From NCBI GenBank assembly GCA_934467415.1, contig CAKSLQ010000003.1, positions 5,951 to 69,950 of the forward strand: DNA of 64,000 nucleotides. Reading direction: 5' to 3'. Every line of letters begins with the position of its first letter. The stretch's first letter is position 1. The notes under the pieces were generated by a model. The model saw nothing but the letters and a program-made list of their open reading frames with translations. It was not told the origin of the DNA and made no database searches. The stretch is from an uncultured Eubacteriales bacterium. GTDB taxonomy: Bacteria > Bacillota > Clostridia > Oscillospirales > CAG-272. The position numbers were made by a program, and so were the translations under genes. Below, one piece after another: positions 7,769 to 16,799 of this stretch.

Positions 7769-9373
7769 ATGGAAAACGATGCAAACAAGCGGCCGCGTCC
7801 GCGCCGCACGCCCGAGACGTTCGGGCAGGCCGATACCGCGCGCTCCGCACCGGCCAAGCAGCCGACTCCGGCACAGCAGCCGACTCCGGCGAAGCAGCCG
7901 ACTCCGGCACAGCGTCCGACCCCGGCCAAACAGCCGACCCCGGCACAGCAGCCGACTCCGGTACAGCAGCCGACTCAGGCACAGCAGCCGACTCCGGCAC
8001 AGCAGCCGACCCCGGCCAAGCAGCCGACCCCGGCGAAGCGCCCGACCCCGGCCAAGCAGCCGACTCCGGCACAGCGCCCGGCCGCGCCGAAACCGCCTGC
8101 GCCCGCCAAAGCACCGACCTCCGCAAAGCCGACCGCGCCCGTGCAGGACGAAGACAACGAAAAGACCCGCCTGACCAACGCCATGCCGAAGGCCGGGCTG
8201 AAAACGCCCGTGCGCGGCGCACCCGTCAAAAAGGAGGAGGCCTCCTCGACGGCAAGCGGCCTTTTCAAGGCGATCATTTACATGACCGCCGTGCTGCTTG
8301 TGTCGATCCTGCTGTCCTACGCGGTGATCGTCGTGGCCAACGATGTGTTCGCCTTTGTCAAGCCGGACACCGAGGTCGAGGTGGTCATCCCCGAGAACGC
8401 GACCGTGGACGACGTTTCGAATATTCTCGGCGATGCGGGCGTGATCAAATACCCCGCGCTGTTCCGCCTCTATGCCGAGCTGAAAAAGGAGACCGGTATC
8501 GACAAGGACGGCAAGAGCGTCTTTATCCCCGGCACGTATACGGTCAGCCCGATGGAAAACTACATGCAGCTCCTCGACGCATTCAAGGAGCAGTATGTGC
8601 GCGGCACGGTCTGGGTCACCTTCCCCGAGGGCTCGACCGTGGAGGACATCATCGACGTGCTGCTGGAGAACGGCATTTCCGACCGTGCGTCGCTCATCAG
8701 CGCAATCAACGACTATGATTACGGCCTCGATTTTGTCGATGCCATCGACATGTCGAACGGCCGCTATTACCGCCTCGAGGGCTATCTTTTCCCGGATACC
8801 TACCAGTTCTACACCGATTCGAGCGCCGAGACCGTCATCTACAAGATGCTCGTCAACTTCAAGAAAAAGCTGGCGTACATCGGTGACGACATGTGCGCCG
8901 AGCGGCTTGAGGAGCTGGGCATGACGCTGGACGAGGTCGTCACGCTGGCCTCCATGGTCGAAAAAGAGGTCAAGTACGCGGTGGACTACGAGACCGTCGC
9001 CTCGGTCTTCTACAATCGCCTGGCCGACCCCGCCAACTTCCCGCGCCTCGACAGCGACGCGACCACGGTCTATGCCATCCGCATGGCGACCGGCACGCGC
9101 CCCGAGACGCTGAGCGCCGAGGACATTGATTTCGACAACCCGTACAACACGCGCGTCAGCCGCGGCCTGCCGCCCGGGGCCATCGCCAACCCCGGCTATG
9201 AGGCGCTCTACTGCGCGTTCTATCCCGCAAAGACGAAGTATTACTACTTTGTCGCCGATACCACCGGCTACAATCTCTACGCCCGCACCAACGCCGGGCA
9301 CGAACAAAACAAGGCAGAAGTCAAAAAGCATGCCGCCTCCGCGGTCATTGCCGGAAGTGAGGAAGAAACGTGA
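7769..9373 (+). CDS. mltG: endolytic murein transglycosylase MltG (YceG-like) with a Pro/Thr/Gln-rich repeat tail
   Basis: ORF 7547..9373 trimmed to ATG 7769. Single TM followed by a YceG domain with LASMVEKE and YNTRVSRGLPPGAIANPG motifs. Confidence 0.9.
   Translation: MENDANKRPRPRRTPETFGQADTARSAPAKQPTPAQQPTPAKQPTPAQRPTPAKQPTPAQQPTPVQQPTQAQQPTPAQQPTPAKQPTPAKRPTPAKQPTPAQRPAAPKPPAPAKAPTSAKPTAPVQDEDNEKTRLTNAMPKAGLKTPVRGAPVKKEEASSTASGLFKAIIYMTAVLLVSILLSYAVIVVANDVFAFVKPDTEVEVVIPENATVDDVSNILGDAGVIKYPALFRLYAELKKETGIDKDGKSVFIPGTYTVSPMENYMQLLDAFKEQYVRGTVWVTFPEGSTVEDIIDVLLENGISDRASLISAINDYDYGLDFVDAIDMSNGRYYRLEGYLFPDTYQFYTDSSAETVIYKMLVNFKKKLAYIGDDMCAERLEELGMTLDEVVTLASMVEKEVKYAVDYETVASVFYNRLADPANFPRLDSDATTVYAIRMATGTRPETLSAEDIDFDNPYNTRVSRGLPPGAIANPGYEALYCAFYPAKTKYYYFVADTTGYNLYARTNAGHEQNKAEVKKHAASAVIAGSEEET
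7850..8083 (+). repeat. 13 tandem 18-nt units inside mltG encoding hexapeptide PTPA(K/Q)Q repeats
   Basis: Units ccggc(a/c)(c/a)agcagccgac(t/c) counted by hand at 7850, 7868, ... 8066. The protein reads AKQPTPAQQPTPAKQPTPAQRPTPAKQ... Confidence 0.9.
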
Positions 9374-10017
9374 TCGTCAAACCCGAAGAAACCACCGTGG
9401 CGTACCGCTGCCCCGAATGCGGCTGCGGCGTCAAGAGCATCGTCGGCATTTTTACGCTCTCCGCGTCGGCCATGCGGCTGAAATGCCCCTGCGGCAAAAG
9501 CTCGATGACCATCAAAAAGACCAACGACGGCAAGGTGCGCCTCAGCGTCCCCTGCCTGGTCTGCCGCCACGATCACGACTACGTTGTCAGCCGCGAGCTG
9601 TTCTTCAAGAACGAATTTTTCGAGCTGCCCTGCGCCCTCTCCGGGCTTGCGCTCTGCTGGATCGGCGACGGCAAGTCGGTGGCCGACGCGCTCACCCGCT
9701 CGGACGAGGAGCTCTCGCGGATGCTCACCGAGGCCGGCGCGGAGAATCTCGACGTGTTCAGACAGCAGCCGGATCGGAAGGAAGAGATTCCGGATGCGCA
9801 GGTCTACGACATCGTGCGCTTCATCGTGAAGGAGCTGGAGGCGGAAAACGCGATTTCCTGCCGCTGCAAGCCCGGCGAGGGCGACTATGACATCGAGCTG
9901 CTGGACGACAGCGTCTGCGTTTTCTGCAAGAACTGCGGCGCCAAGCAGTTTGTTTCCACCGCGTCGCTCGCCGAGGCGCGCGCGTTCCTCGATATCGACG
10001 AGCTGAAGCTGAAATAG
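9370..10017 (+). CDS. hypothetical Cys-rich (zinc-ribbon-like) protein
   Basis: 215 aa. GTG start overlaps the mltG stop (GTGA). CPECGC...CPCG...CLVC at the N terminus and CRC...CVFCKNC at the C terminus. Normal composition, followed by a strong terminator. Confidence 0.6.
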   Translation: MIVKPEETTVAYRCPECGCGVKSIVGIFTLSASAMRLKCPCGKSSMTIKKTNDGKVRLSVPCLVCRHDHDYVVSRELFFKNEFFELPCALSGLALCWIGDGKSVADALTRSDEELSRMLTEAGAENLDVFRQQPDRKEEIPDAQVYDIVRFIVKELEAENAISCRCKPGEGDYDIELLDDSVCVFCKNCGAKQFVSTASLAEARAFLDIDELKLK

Positions 10018-10028
10018 GTAAAATAGAT

Positions 10029-10056
10029 AAAAAGACGGGTTTTCCCGTCTTTTTGT
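10029..10056 (+). terminator. rho-independent terminator
   Basis: agacggg-tttt-cccgtct followed by ttttt. Confidence 0.85.
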
Positions 10057-10123
10057 CGTTTTCGCGCCATATTCCGCGCCCGTGAAGTGCGAACGGGTGG
10101 CAGGATATTGTAGCCGTTGCCTA

Positions 10124-10152
10124 TTGCTTTTTGCGGTTCGATTTGATATAAT
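10124..10152 (+). promoter_or_regulatory. sigma-A-type promoter of the polysaccharide locus
   Basis: TTGCTT (10124-10129), 17-nt spacer, TATAAT (10147-10152) with an extended -10 TGa. A 5'-UTR hairpin atgcggg-aattg-cccgcat follows at about 10173-10191. Confidence 0.55.
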
Positions 10153-10215
10153 AAGATGTATTTGTATACGCAATGCGGGAATTGCCCGCATTTGCAGAAA
10201 ATTCAGGAGAAGAAC

Positions 10216-11418
10216 ATGAAAATTTCGTTTTCCCCGCCGGATATTTCCGAGCTTGAGATCGAGGCTGTTGCCGATGTGATGCGTTCCGGGTGGATCACCA
10301 CCGGGCCGCGTACCAAGGAGCTGGAAAAAAAGATTGCCGCATGGGTCGGCACGCCGCGCTGTGTGTGCCTCAATTCGCAGACGGCGTGTGCCGAGATGGC
10401 GCTGCGTCTGCTCGGCATCGGCGAAGGTGACGAAGTCATTACCTCCGCCTATACATACACGGCGTCCGCTTCCGTGGTCCGCCATGTCGGCGCGACGCTG
10501 AAGCTGGTCGATATACAAAAGGACAGCTTCGAGATGGACTATGACGCGCTCGAGGCCGCCGTTACCGAACGCACCAAGGCGATCATCCCGGTCGATCTCG
10601 GCGGCGTCCCCTGCGATTACGACCGCATTTTCGACATCGTGGAGCGGAAGAAGCACCTGTTCAAGCCCGCAAACGAGATGCAGGCGGCGCTCGGCAGGAT
10701 TGCCGTCTGCGCGGACGCGGCACATGCCTTCGGCGCGAAGCGCAACGGGCGCATGGTCGGCAGCATCGCCGATTTCTCCGGCTTCAGCTTCCATGCGGTG
10801 AAGAATTTCACCACCGCGGAGGGCGGCGCGCTCACCTGGCGCTCCATCCCCGGCATCGACGACGGGGAGATGTATCACAAGCTCCAGCTGCTCAGCCTGC
10901 ACGGGCAGTCCAAGGACGCGCTCGCCAAGACGGAGGTCGGCGCGTGGGAGTATGACATCGTCGGCACCTGGTACAAGTGCAACATGACCGACATCGCCGC
11001 TGCAATGGGGCTGGCGCAGTTTGCGCGCTATCCCGCCATGCTGGAAAGACGGCGGGAGATCATCCGCCGCTATGACGAAGCGTTTCGCCCGCTCGGCGTC
11101 GAGACGCTTGCGCATTACACCGATACACATGCGTCCTCGGGACACCTGTACATCACGCGTGTGCCCGGCATCACGGCGGCACAGCGCAGCGAGATCATTC
11201 TGAAGATGGCAGAGGCGGAGATCGCCTGCAACGTGCACTACAAGCCGCTGCCGATGCACACGGCGTACAGGGCGCTCGGCTTCGACATCGAAAACTACCC
11301 GAATGCCTACGCGCATTTCGCAAATGAGATCTCCCTACCGCTGCACACCTGCCTCACCGATGAGATGGTGGCGTATGTCATCGACAAGTATGCACGCATC
11401 CTGCGGGAGTATCTCTGA
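10216..11418 (+). CDS. DegT/DnrJ/EryC1/StrS family PLP-dependent sugar aminotransferase
   Basis: ORF trimmed to ATG 10216 (AGGAGA upstream). N terminus ISFSPPDISELEIEAVADVMRSGWITTGPRTKELE and an FSFHAVKNFTTAEGG region (PLP lysine) are typical of the family. Confidence 0.9.
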   Translation: MKISFSPPDISELEIEAVADVMRSGWITTGPRTKELEKKIAAWVGTPRCVCLNSQTACAEMALRLLGIGEGDEVITSAYTYTASASVVRHVGATLKLVDIQKDSFEMDYDALEAAVTERTKAIIPVDLGGVPCDYDRIFDIVERKKHLFKPANEMQAALGRIAVCADAAHAFGAKRNGRMVGSIADFSGFSFHAVKNFTTAEGGALTWRSIPGIDDGEMYHKLQLLSLHGQSKDALAKTEVGAWEYDIVGTWYKCNMTDIAAAMGLAQFARYPAMLERRREIIRRYDEAFRPLGVETLAHYTDTHASSGHLYITRVPGITAAQRSEIILKMAEAEIACNVHYKPLPMHTAYRALGFDIENYPNAYAHFANEISLPLHTCLTDEMVAYVIDKYARILREYL

Positions 11419-12203
11419 TGCGGCTCTGCGCATGGGAGGCGCTGCCCGCCGAGATGCGGACAGACGCGGTGCGGCATTACTACGACATCCTGCAAAAAAA
11501 GCGCGCCGGGCTGTTTTGGAAGCGCGCGTTTGACATTTTCGCGTCTGCGGTCATGCTCCTTCTGCTTTCGCCGCTCTTTCTGCTTTTGGCAATTGCCATC
11601 AAGCTGGACAGTCCCGGCCCGGTTTTTTACCGGCAGGCGCGCGTGACGCAGTACAACCGGCATTTCCGCATTTTCAAGTTCCGCTCCATGGTGCAGAACG
11701 CCGACCGCGGCTCGCTGGTCACGGTGAGCGGCGACAGCCGCGTGACGCGCGTGGGGCGCATGATCCGCCGCTTTCGCCTGGACGAGGTCAGTCAGCTCGT
11801 CAATGTGCTTGTCGGCGACATGACCTTTGTGGGCACGCGCCCCGAGGTGCCGAAATACACGGCGGCATATACCGACGAAATGATGGCGACGCTGCTGCTC
11901 CCCGCGGGCGTGACCAGCCTTGCCAGCATCTATTATAAGGATGAGGCGGAGCTGCTCGGTGCAGCGGCGGACACCGACAAGACCTACATCGAGCGGATTC
12001 TGCCCGCGAAGATGTATTACAATCTGAAAGCGATTGAACAGTTCGGATTCTTTCGGGACATCGGCATCATGTTTATGACCTTCTTTGCCGTCTGCGGCAA
12101 GGAGTACAAGGGCGACTATGTGGAGCCTGTCGCAGAGCCTGCCGCCGGGGAGGCGCAGGCGGCGGCAGAGACCGACGAGACGAGAGCGGAGAGTAAAGTA
12201 TGA
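11418..12203 (+). CDS. undecaprenyl-phosphate sugar phosphotransferase (small bacterial sugar transferase family, PglC/EpsL-like)
   Basis: 261 aa. KRAFDIFAS...LDSPGPVFYRQ.RV....FRIFKFRSM...VGDMTFVGTRPE motifs. TGATG overlap with the upstream gene. Confidence 0.9.
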   Translation: MRLCAWEALPAEMRTDAVRHYYDILQKKRAGLFWKRAFDIFASAVMLLLLSPLFLLLAIAIKLDSPGPVFYRQARVTQYNRHFRIFKFRSMVQNADRGSLVTVSGDSRVTRVGRMIRRFRLDEVSQLVNVLVGDMTFVGTRPEVPKYTAAYTDEMMATLLLPAGVTSLASIYYKDEAELLGAAADTDKTYIERILPAKMYYNLKAIEQFGFFRDIGIMFMTFFAVCGKEYKGDYVEPVAEPAAGEAQAAAETDETRAESKV

Positions 12204-12811
12204 ACATCATCGAGGTGCGCGCCGACGAAAAGGCGCTGCTCCATGCCGTCACGGCGGTACATATGGAGACCTTCCCCGGCTTTTTTCTCACCTTTATGGG
12301 CAAGGGCTTTCTGCAAAAGATGTACCTTTCCTATTGCGAATACGGCAAGGCGACGCTGCTTGCCGCCGTGGAGGACGGGCGCGTGCTCGGCTTTCTCGCC
12401 TATGCCTGCGACATGAGCGGGCTGTATAAATATATGATAAGGCACCACCTCTTTGCCTTCGCCCGGTACAGCGCGGGCGCCTTCTTCCGCAAACCGTCCG
12501 TGTTCATGCGGTTGCTGCGCGCCTTCCTCAAGCCGTCCGAGACGAAGCGGGAGGAGGCGTATGTGGAACTTGCCTCCATCGGCACGGCGCCCGCCGCCAA
12601 ACAGCGCGGCATCGGCACGGCGCTCATCGACGCGCTGAAGGCGCGCGTGGACTTTGCCAAGTACGCCTATATCACGCTGGAGACCGATGCCGTAGACAAT
12701 GAGGCGGTCAATCGGTTCTACCAAAAGAACGGCTTTACCCTTGCGCGCACCTACGAGACGCGCGAGGGCAGAAAGATGAACGAATACCGCTATCGGAAGG
12801 GTGACGCATGA
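12200..12811 (+). CDS. GNAT family N-acetyltransferase (locus-embedded)
   Basis: 203 aa with KQRGIGTALIDAL motif. ATGA overlaps at both ends. Confidence 0.8.
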   Translation: MNIIEVRADEKALLHAVTAVHMETFPGFFLTFMGKGFLQKMYLSYCEYGKATLLAAVEDGRVLGFLAYACDMSGLYKYMIRHHLFAFARYSAGAFFRKPSVFMRLLRAFLKPSETKREEAYVELASIGTAPAAKQRGIGTALIDALKARVDFAKYAYITLETDAVDNEAVNRFYQKNGFTLARTYETREGRKMNEYRYRKGDA

Positions 12812-13956
12812 AGCTCCTCTACATTCTGAATGTTGCCAATCAGGTGAACAACTTTTCCTATGCCGCGATGCTTGCGGCAAAAGAACTCGGCATCGAGTTC
12901 TGGATTGCGGGTAAATGGGGCTATGCCTCTGCGGCACAGCGCGAGGCGGACGCGGAAAAGTACGGCATTCACATCGTGCAGCTCGACCTCGACCGCTCGC
13001 CCTACAGCATGCGGAACCGCGTGGCGTACAAACAGCTTTGCGACCTTATCCGCAAGGAGCACATCGATGCCATCCACTGCAACACGCCGGTCGGCGGCAT
13101 GCTCGGCAGGCTTGCGGGCAAAAAATGCAAAGTGAAAAAAGTGATTTACCAGGCGCACGGCTTTCACTTTTACAAGGGCGCCCCCCGTAAGAATTGGCTT
13201 GTCTATTACCCGATTGAAAAATGGCTTGCCCGTTATACCGACGCGCTCATCACCATCAATCACGAGGATTTTGAACTTGCGAAAGCAAAATTGAAATTGC
13301 GCAAAAAAGGCAAGGTGTACTATGTTCCCGGCGTGGGCATCGATGTGTCTGCGTACGCGACGGAAGAGAGCGTCCGCTCCCGAAAGAGAGCGGAAACGGG
13401 GCTTTCCGGCACGGAAATCGTGCTGATCTCCATGGGCGACCTGATTCCCCGGAAAAACTACGATACGGCGATCCGCGCGATCGCGGCGGCGGAGAACCCC
13501 GCGCTGCAATATCTGATCTGCGGCAAAGGCCCCGAGGAGGACAACCTCAAGGCGCTTGCAGAGCGCCTCGGCGTGGCGGGGCAGATCCATTTTCTCGGCT
13601 TCCGCTCAGACATAAAAGAACTGCTTGCCGCCGCGGATATTTTCCTGTTTACGACAAGGCAGGAGGGCCTGCCGCGCTCCATGATGGAGGCGATGGCGTC
13701 CGGGCTGCCCTGCGTAGCAAGCAGAATCCGCGGCAATACGGACTTGCTGGAGAGCACGGACGGCGGTTTTCTTTGCGATGCGGACGATGCGGCGGACTTT
13801 GCTGATAAGATCAAGCGGCTTGCCGCCGACCCCGCGCTGCGCGCCGAGATGGGCGCGCAGAACCGGATGACCTTGCAGAAGTTCAGCACCGCCGCCGCAA
13901 AAGACGCGCTCGAAGCAATCTACAAAGATAGTTTGCGGGGGGGGGGTAAATCTTGA
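12808..13956 (+). CDS. glycosyltransferase family 4 (GT-B fold)
   Basis: 382 aa. C-terminal domain motif RQEGLPRSMMEAMASGLPCVASRIRGNTDLL (E-x7-E). Ends ...RGGGKS*, read through a G10 tract. Confidence 0.9.
   Translation: MKLLYILNVANQVNNFSYAAMLAAKELGIEFWIAGKWGYASAAQREADAEKYGIHIVQLDLDRSPYSMRNRVAYKQLCDLIRKEHIDAIHCNTPVGGMLGRLAGKKCKVKKVIYQAHGFHFYKGAPRKNWLVYYPIEKWLARYTDALITINHEDFELAKAKLKLRKKGKVYYVPGVGIDVSAYATEESVRSRKRAETGLSGTEIVLISMGDLIPRKNYDTAIRAIAAAENPALQYLICGKGPEEDNLKALAERLGVAGQIHFLGFRSDIKELLAAADIFLFTTRQEGLPRSMMEAMASGLPCVASRIRGNTDLLESTDGGFLCDADDAADFADKIKRLAADPALRAEMGAQNRMTLQKFSTAAAKDALEAIYKDSLRGGGKS
13937..13946 (+). repeat. homopolymeric G10 tract
   Basis: gcGGGGGGGGGGtaaa, counted by hand. 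Lies in the last codons of the GT4 gene, 8 nt before its stop. Confidence 0.95.
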
Positions 13957-14602
13957 TACATTTATCCAATCCCTTGCAGACTATTTCCAGGGGCGGGAGA
14001 GAAAACGCACCGAACTCGGCATCGGCGCGGGGGACTTTGTCCTCGTCAGCGCCGGGCGGCTTGAGGCAAACAAGAATAACGGCACGCTGATACAGGCGCT
14101 GCATAAGGCGGCGCACAAAAACATCCGCCTGCTGCTTTGCGGAGAGGGCGAAGAGCGCGCCGTGCTTGCCGACCTTGCCGCATCGCTCGGCGTCGCCGAC
14201 CGCGTGATCTTCGCCGGCAATCGGTGCGACATGCCGGACATCTACCATGCCGTCGACGCGCTTGTGCTGGCGTCGCACCGCGAGGGACTCTCGCGGACGG
14301 TGATGGAGGCGATGGCGTGCGGGCTGCCCTGCGTGGTGAGCGGCATCCGCGGCAATGTGGACCTGATCGCGCACGGCGAAAACGGCTTTGTCTGCGATGC
14401 GGACGACGCCGACGCCTATGCCGCGGCGATGGACGCACTGGCGGCGGACGGCGACCTTTGCCGCACCCTTGGCGCACACAATCGCGAAAAGGTGCGCGGC
14501 TTTGCCGTCGAGGTGGTCAAGGCGCGGCTTGCCGAGATCTACCGCACGGTACTTTTGAAGGAGAAAGAGCAGAATGAAGATATTGCATTTGCTGCAAAGT
14601 GA
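13955..14602 (+). pseudogene. 5'-truncated GT4 glycosyltransferase (C-terminal domain only)
   Basis: The frame is open from the G10 tract. My translation reads DTFIQSLADYFQGRERKRTELGIGAGDFVLVSAGRLEANKNNGTLIQAL... and continues into ORF 14162..14602 (HREGLSRTVMEAMACGLPCVVSGIRGNVDLI). It parallels residues from about 190 onward of the upstream GT4. There is no N-terminal domain and no ATG/RBS at its 5' end. Confidence 0.6.
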
Positions 14603-15611
14603 CCGCTTCTCCGGCGCGGAGAATGTAGTCTGCCAGATTTTCGGGATGCTGCGCGACGCGCCGGACATCGAGATGGTCTATTGCAGCTCGGACGGGCAGA
14701 TCCGCGAGGCGCTTGCCGAGCGCGGCATCCGCTTTATTCCGCTGCCGACATTTACGGTTGGAGAGATCCGCAAGGTACTGCGCGCCGAGCAGCCGGACCT
14801 GATCCACGCGCACGACATGCGCGCGAGTTTCTATGCGGCGCGCGTCTGCGGCAAAATTCCGCTGATCTCGCACATTCACAACAACAATTTCGATTCGCGC
14901 GGCATCTCACCGAAGTCTGTTGCCTATCTGTTAGCCGCGCGGAAGGCAAGGCACATTTTCTGGGTGTCGCAGAGTTCGTTTGACGGCTATGCGTTTCAGA
15001 GGCTGTTTGCAAAGAAGAGCACCGTGCTCTACAATATCATCGACCTCGCCGCCACCGAGGCAAAGATGCGCCTCGACACGGCGGACTATCCCTATGATGT
15101 GGCATATATTGGAAGACTGACCCACCAAAAAAACCCCGAACGCCTCATGCGCGTCTTCCGCCTCGTGCACGAAAAACTGCCGCAGGCGACCTTCGCCGTG
15201 GTCGGCACGGGCGACCTCGCCGAGGCGACGCAGGCGCTGGCAGCGGAATACGGTCTCGACGGCTGCGTGCATTTTCTCGGGTATATGCAAAACCCCTTGA
15301 AGCTCCTCCGCGACAGCAAGGTCATGGTCATGACCTCCCGCTGGGAGGGCACGCCGATGTGCGCGCTGGAGGCGCTCTCACTGGGTGTGCCTATCGTCAG
15401 CACGCCGACGGACGGGCTGCGTGATTTGATCGAGACCGGCAAAAACGGCGTCCTCGCCGACACGGACGAGGCGCTGGCAGACGGCGTCTGCGCGCTGCTT
15501 TGTGACGCGGACAAGCGGGCAAAGATGTCTGCCGCCGCCCGCGCGTTTGCGGTGCGCTACAACGACATGGATGCATACCGGGCAGCGCTGCTTGCGGTAT
15601 ACAGGGATTAA
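14574..15611 (+). CDS. glycosyltransferase family 4
   Basis: 345 aa. N terminus MKILHLLQSDRFSGAENVV and motif RWEGTPMCALEALSLGVPIVSTPTDGLRDLI. AAGGAG RBS upstream. Confidence 0.9.
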   Translation: MKILHLLQSDRFSGAENVVCQIFGMLRDAPDIEMVYCSSDGQIREALAERGIRFIPLPTFTVGEIRKVLRAEQPDLIHAHDMRASFYAARVCGKIPLISHIHNNNFDSRGISPKSVAYLLAARKARHIFWVSQSSFDGYAFQRLFAKKSTVLYNIIDLAATEAKMRLDTADYPYDVAYIGRLTHQKNPERLMRVFRLVHEKLPQATFAVVGTGDLAEATQALAAEYGLDGCVHFLGYMQNPLKLLRDSKVMVMTSRWEGTPMCALEALSLGVPIVSTPTDGLRDLIETGKNGVLADTDEALADGVCALLCDADKRAKMSAAARAFAVRYNDMDAYRAALLAVYRD

Positions 15612-15635
15612 AATTCTGATGAGCGGAGCGTGCGC

Positions 15636-16787
15636 ATGAGCATGAAAACGGCTTTTCTCGTGACCAACGGCAATATGGGCGGCACAGCAGGGGATGCGAC
15701 CCTGATTCTGCGCCGTGCCAAAGCGATGTACGAAGAAAAAGAGATCTACACAAAGATTCTGCTGCTGGACCCCGTCCCGCAGGGGGATGTCAACCGCGGC
15801 GATTTCTACTATTCGATAGAGACCTGCGCATCCGCGGCGGCGCTGAAACAGCGCATCCTCGCCGAGTCGCCGGACCGGCTGATCCTATACGGCGATAAAA
15901 TTCAGATGATGACGGCGGGGCTGCACCGCTTTTTGCAGAAGCACCGCCCGCAGACAAAACTCGTGCTGGACATCCAGGGCGCGGTCGAGGAGAAAAAAGA
16001 GTATGCGGCGGGATTCTTACGCCGCCATGTGGTGTACCCCGTCAGCAAGTGGTCGTTTCGCCACGCGCTGCGGCATGCGGACGCGGCGTTTGTCGTGTCC
16101 GACGAGATCCGCGACAAGTGCGAGCGCGCGTGCGGTTCCCGCGCGGGGCGGCTTTCGTATTACAAGGTGCGCTGCGGCTTTGAGACGCTTGCCGATGTCG
16201 CCGCCGTGCAGGCGTATCGCGCGGAATTCCGCGCGGCAAAGCACCTTGACGAGAGCACCCGCGTCTTCTGCTACAGCGGCTATCGCGCAGGTTGGCAGAA
16301 GGTGGAGGACATCATCGAGCATTTCCGCCGCTTTGACGCGGCATACCCCGACTGCTATTTTGCGTTTTTCTGCGACACCGACGCTTCGTTTGAGGCGCTG
16401 TTAAAAGAAAAGTTCCCGCGCGGCAACTACTGCGTGGAACTGCTGCGCCCCGAGGCGTATTTTAAGAGCCTGTGCGGCTGCGATGCGGGCTATATCCTGC
16501 GCGACTACAACGAGACCAACCGCGTCGCCTTCCCCAACAAGTTTTCGGATTATCTGAGCAGCGGGCTTGTCCTCGCGCTGAATCGGGCGCTGCCCGAGCC
16601 GATGCGCGTGATAGCGGCATTGCCCGACCACTATGTCGATACCGACACGGTGCTTGCCGACATCGACGGTCTGTTTGCCAAGCTGGACGCCCGCGCGGCG
16701 GACTATACCGGCTTTGTGCAGGCATCGCTCGACCTCGGCGCGCGGGAACTTTTGTACCGCGCGCAGGTGCGGAAACTGACACTGTAA
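15636..16787 (+). CDS. hypothetical protein, possibly a divergent GT-B glycosyltransferase
   Basis: ORF trimmed to ATG 15636 (GGAG 7 nt upstream). Only weak GT-B-like features (two-domain length, NRVAFPNKFSDYLSSGL near the C terminus). No family motif I can name. Confidence 0.45.
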   Translation: MSMKTAFLVTNGNMGGTAGDATLILRRAKAMYEEKEIYTKILLLDPVPQGDVNRGDFYYSIETCASAAALKQRILAESPDRLILYGDKIQMMTAGLHRFLQKHRPQTKLVLDIQGAVEEKKEYAAGFLRRHVVYPVSKWSFRHALRHADAAFVVSDEIRDKCERACGSRAGRLSYYKVRCGFETLADVAAVQAYRAEFRAAKHLDESTRVFCYSGYRAGWQKVEDIIEHFRRFDAAYPDCYFAFFCDTDASFEALLKEKFPRGNYCVELLRPEAYFKSLCGCDAGYILRDYNETNRVAFPNKFSDYLSSGLVLALNRALPEPMRVIAALPDHYVDTDTVLADIDGLFAKLDARAADYTGFVQASLDLGARELLYRAQVRKLTL

Positions 16788-16799
16788 GGAGTTTTTCCG

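Noticed and set aside
14162-14602. Track ORF (146 aa, GTG start) treated as an independent small glycosyltransferase gene
   Set aside because: The frame is open a further 207 nt upstream to the G10 tract and encodes contiguous GT4 C-terminal-domain sequence. There is no RBS before the GTG. I treated it as part of a truncated paralogue instead.
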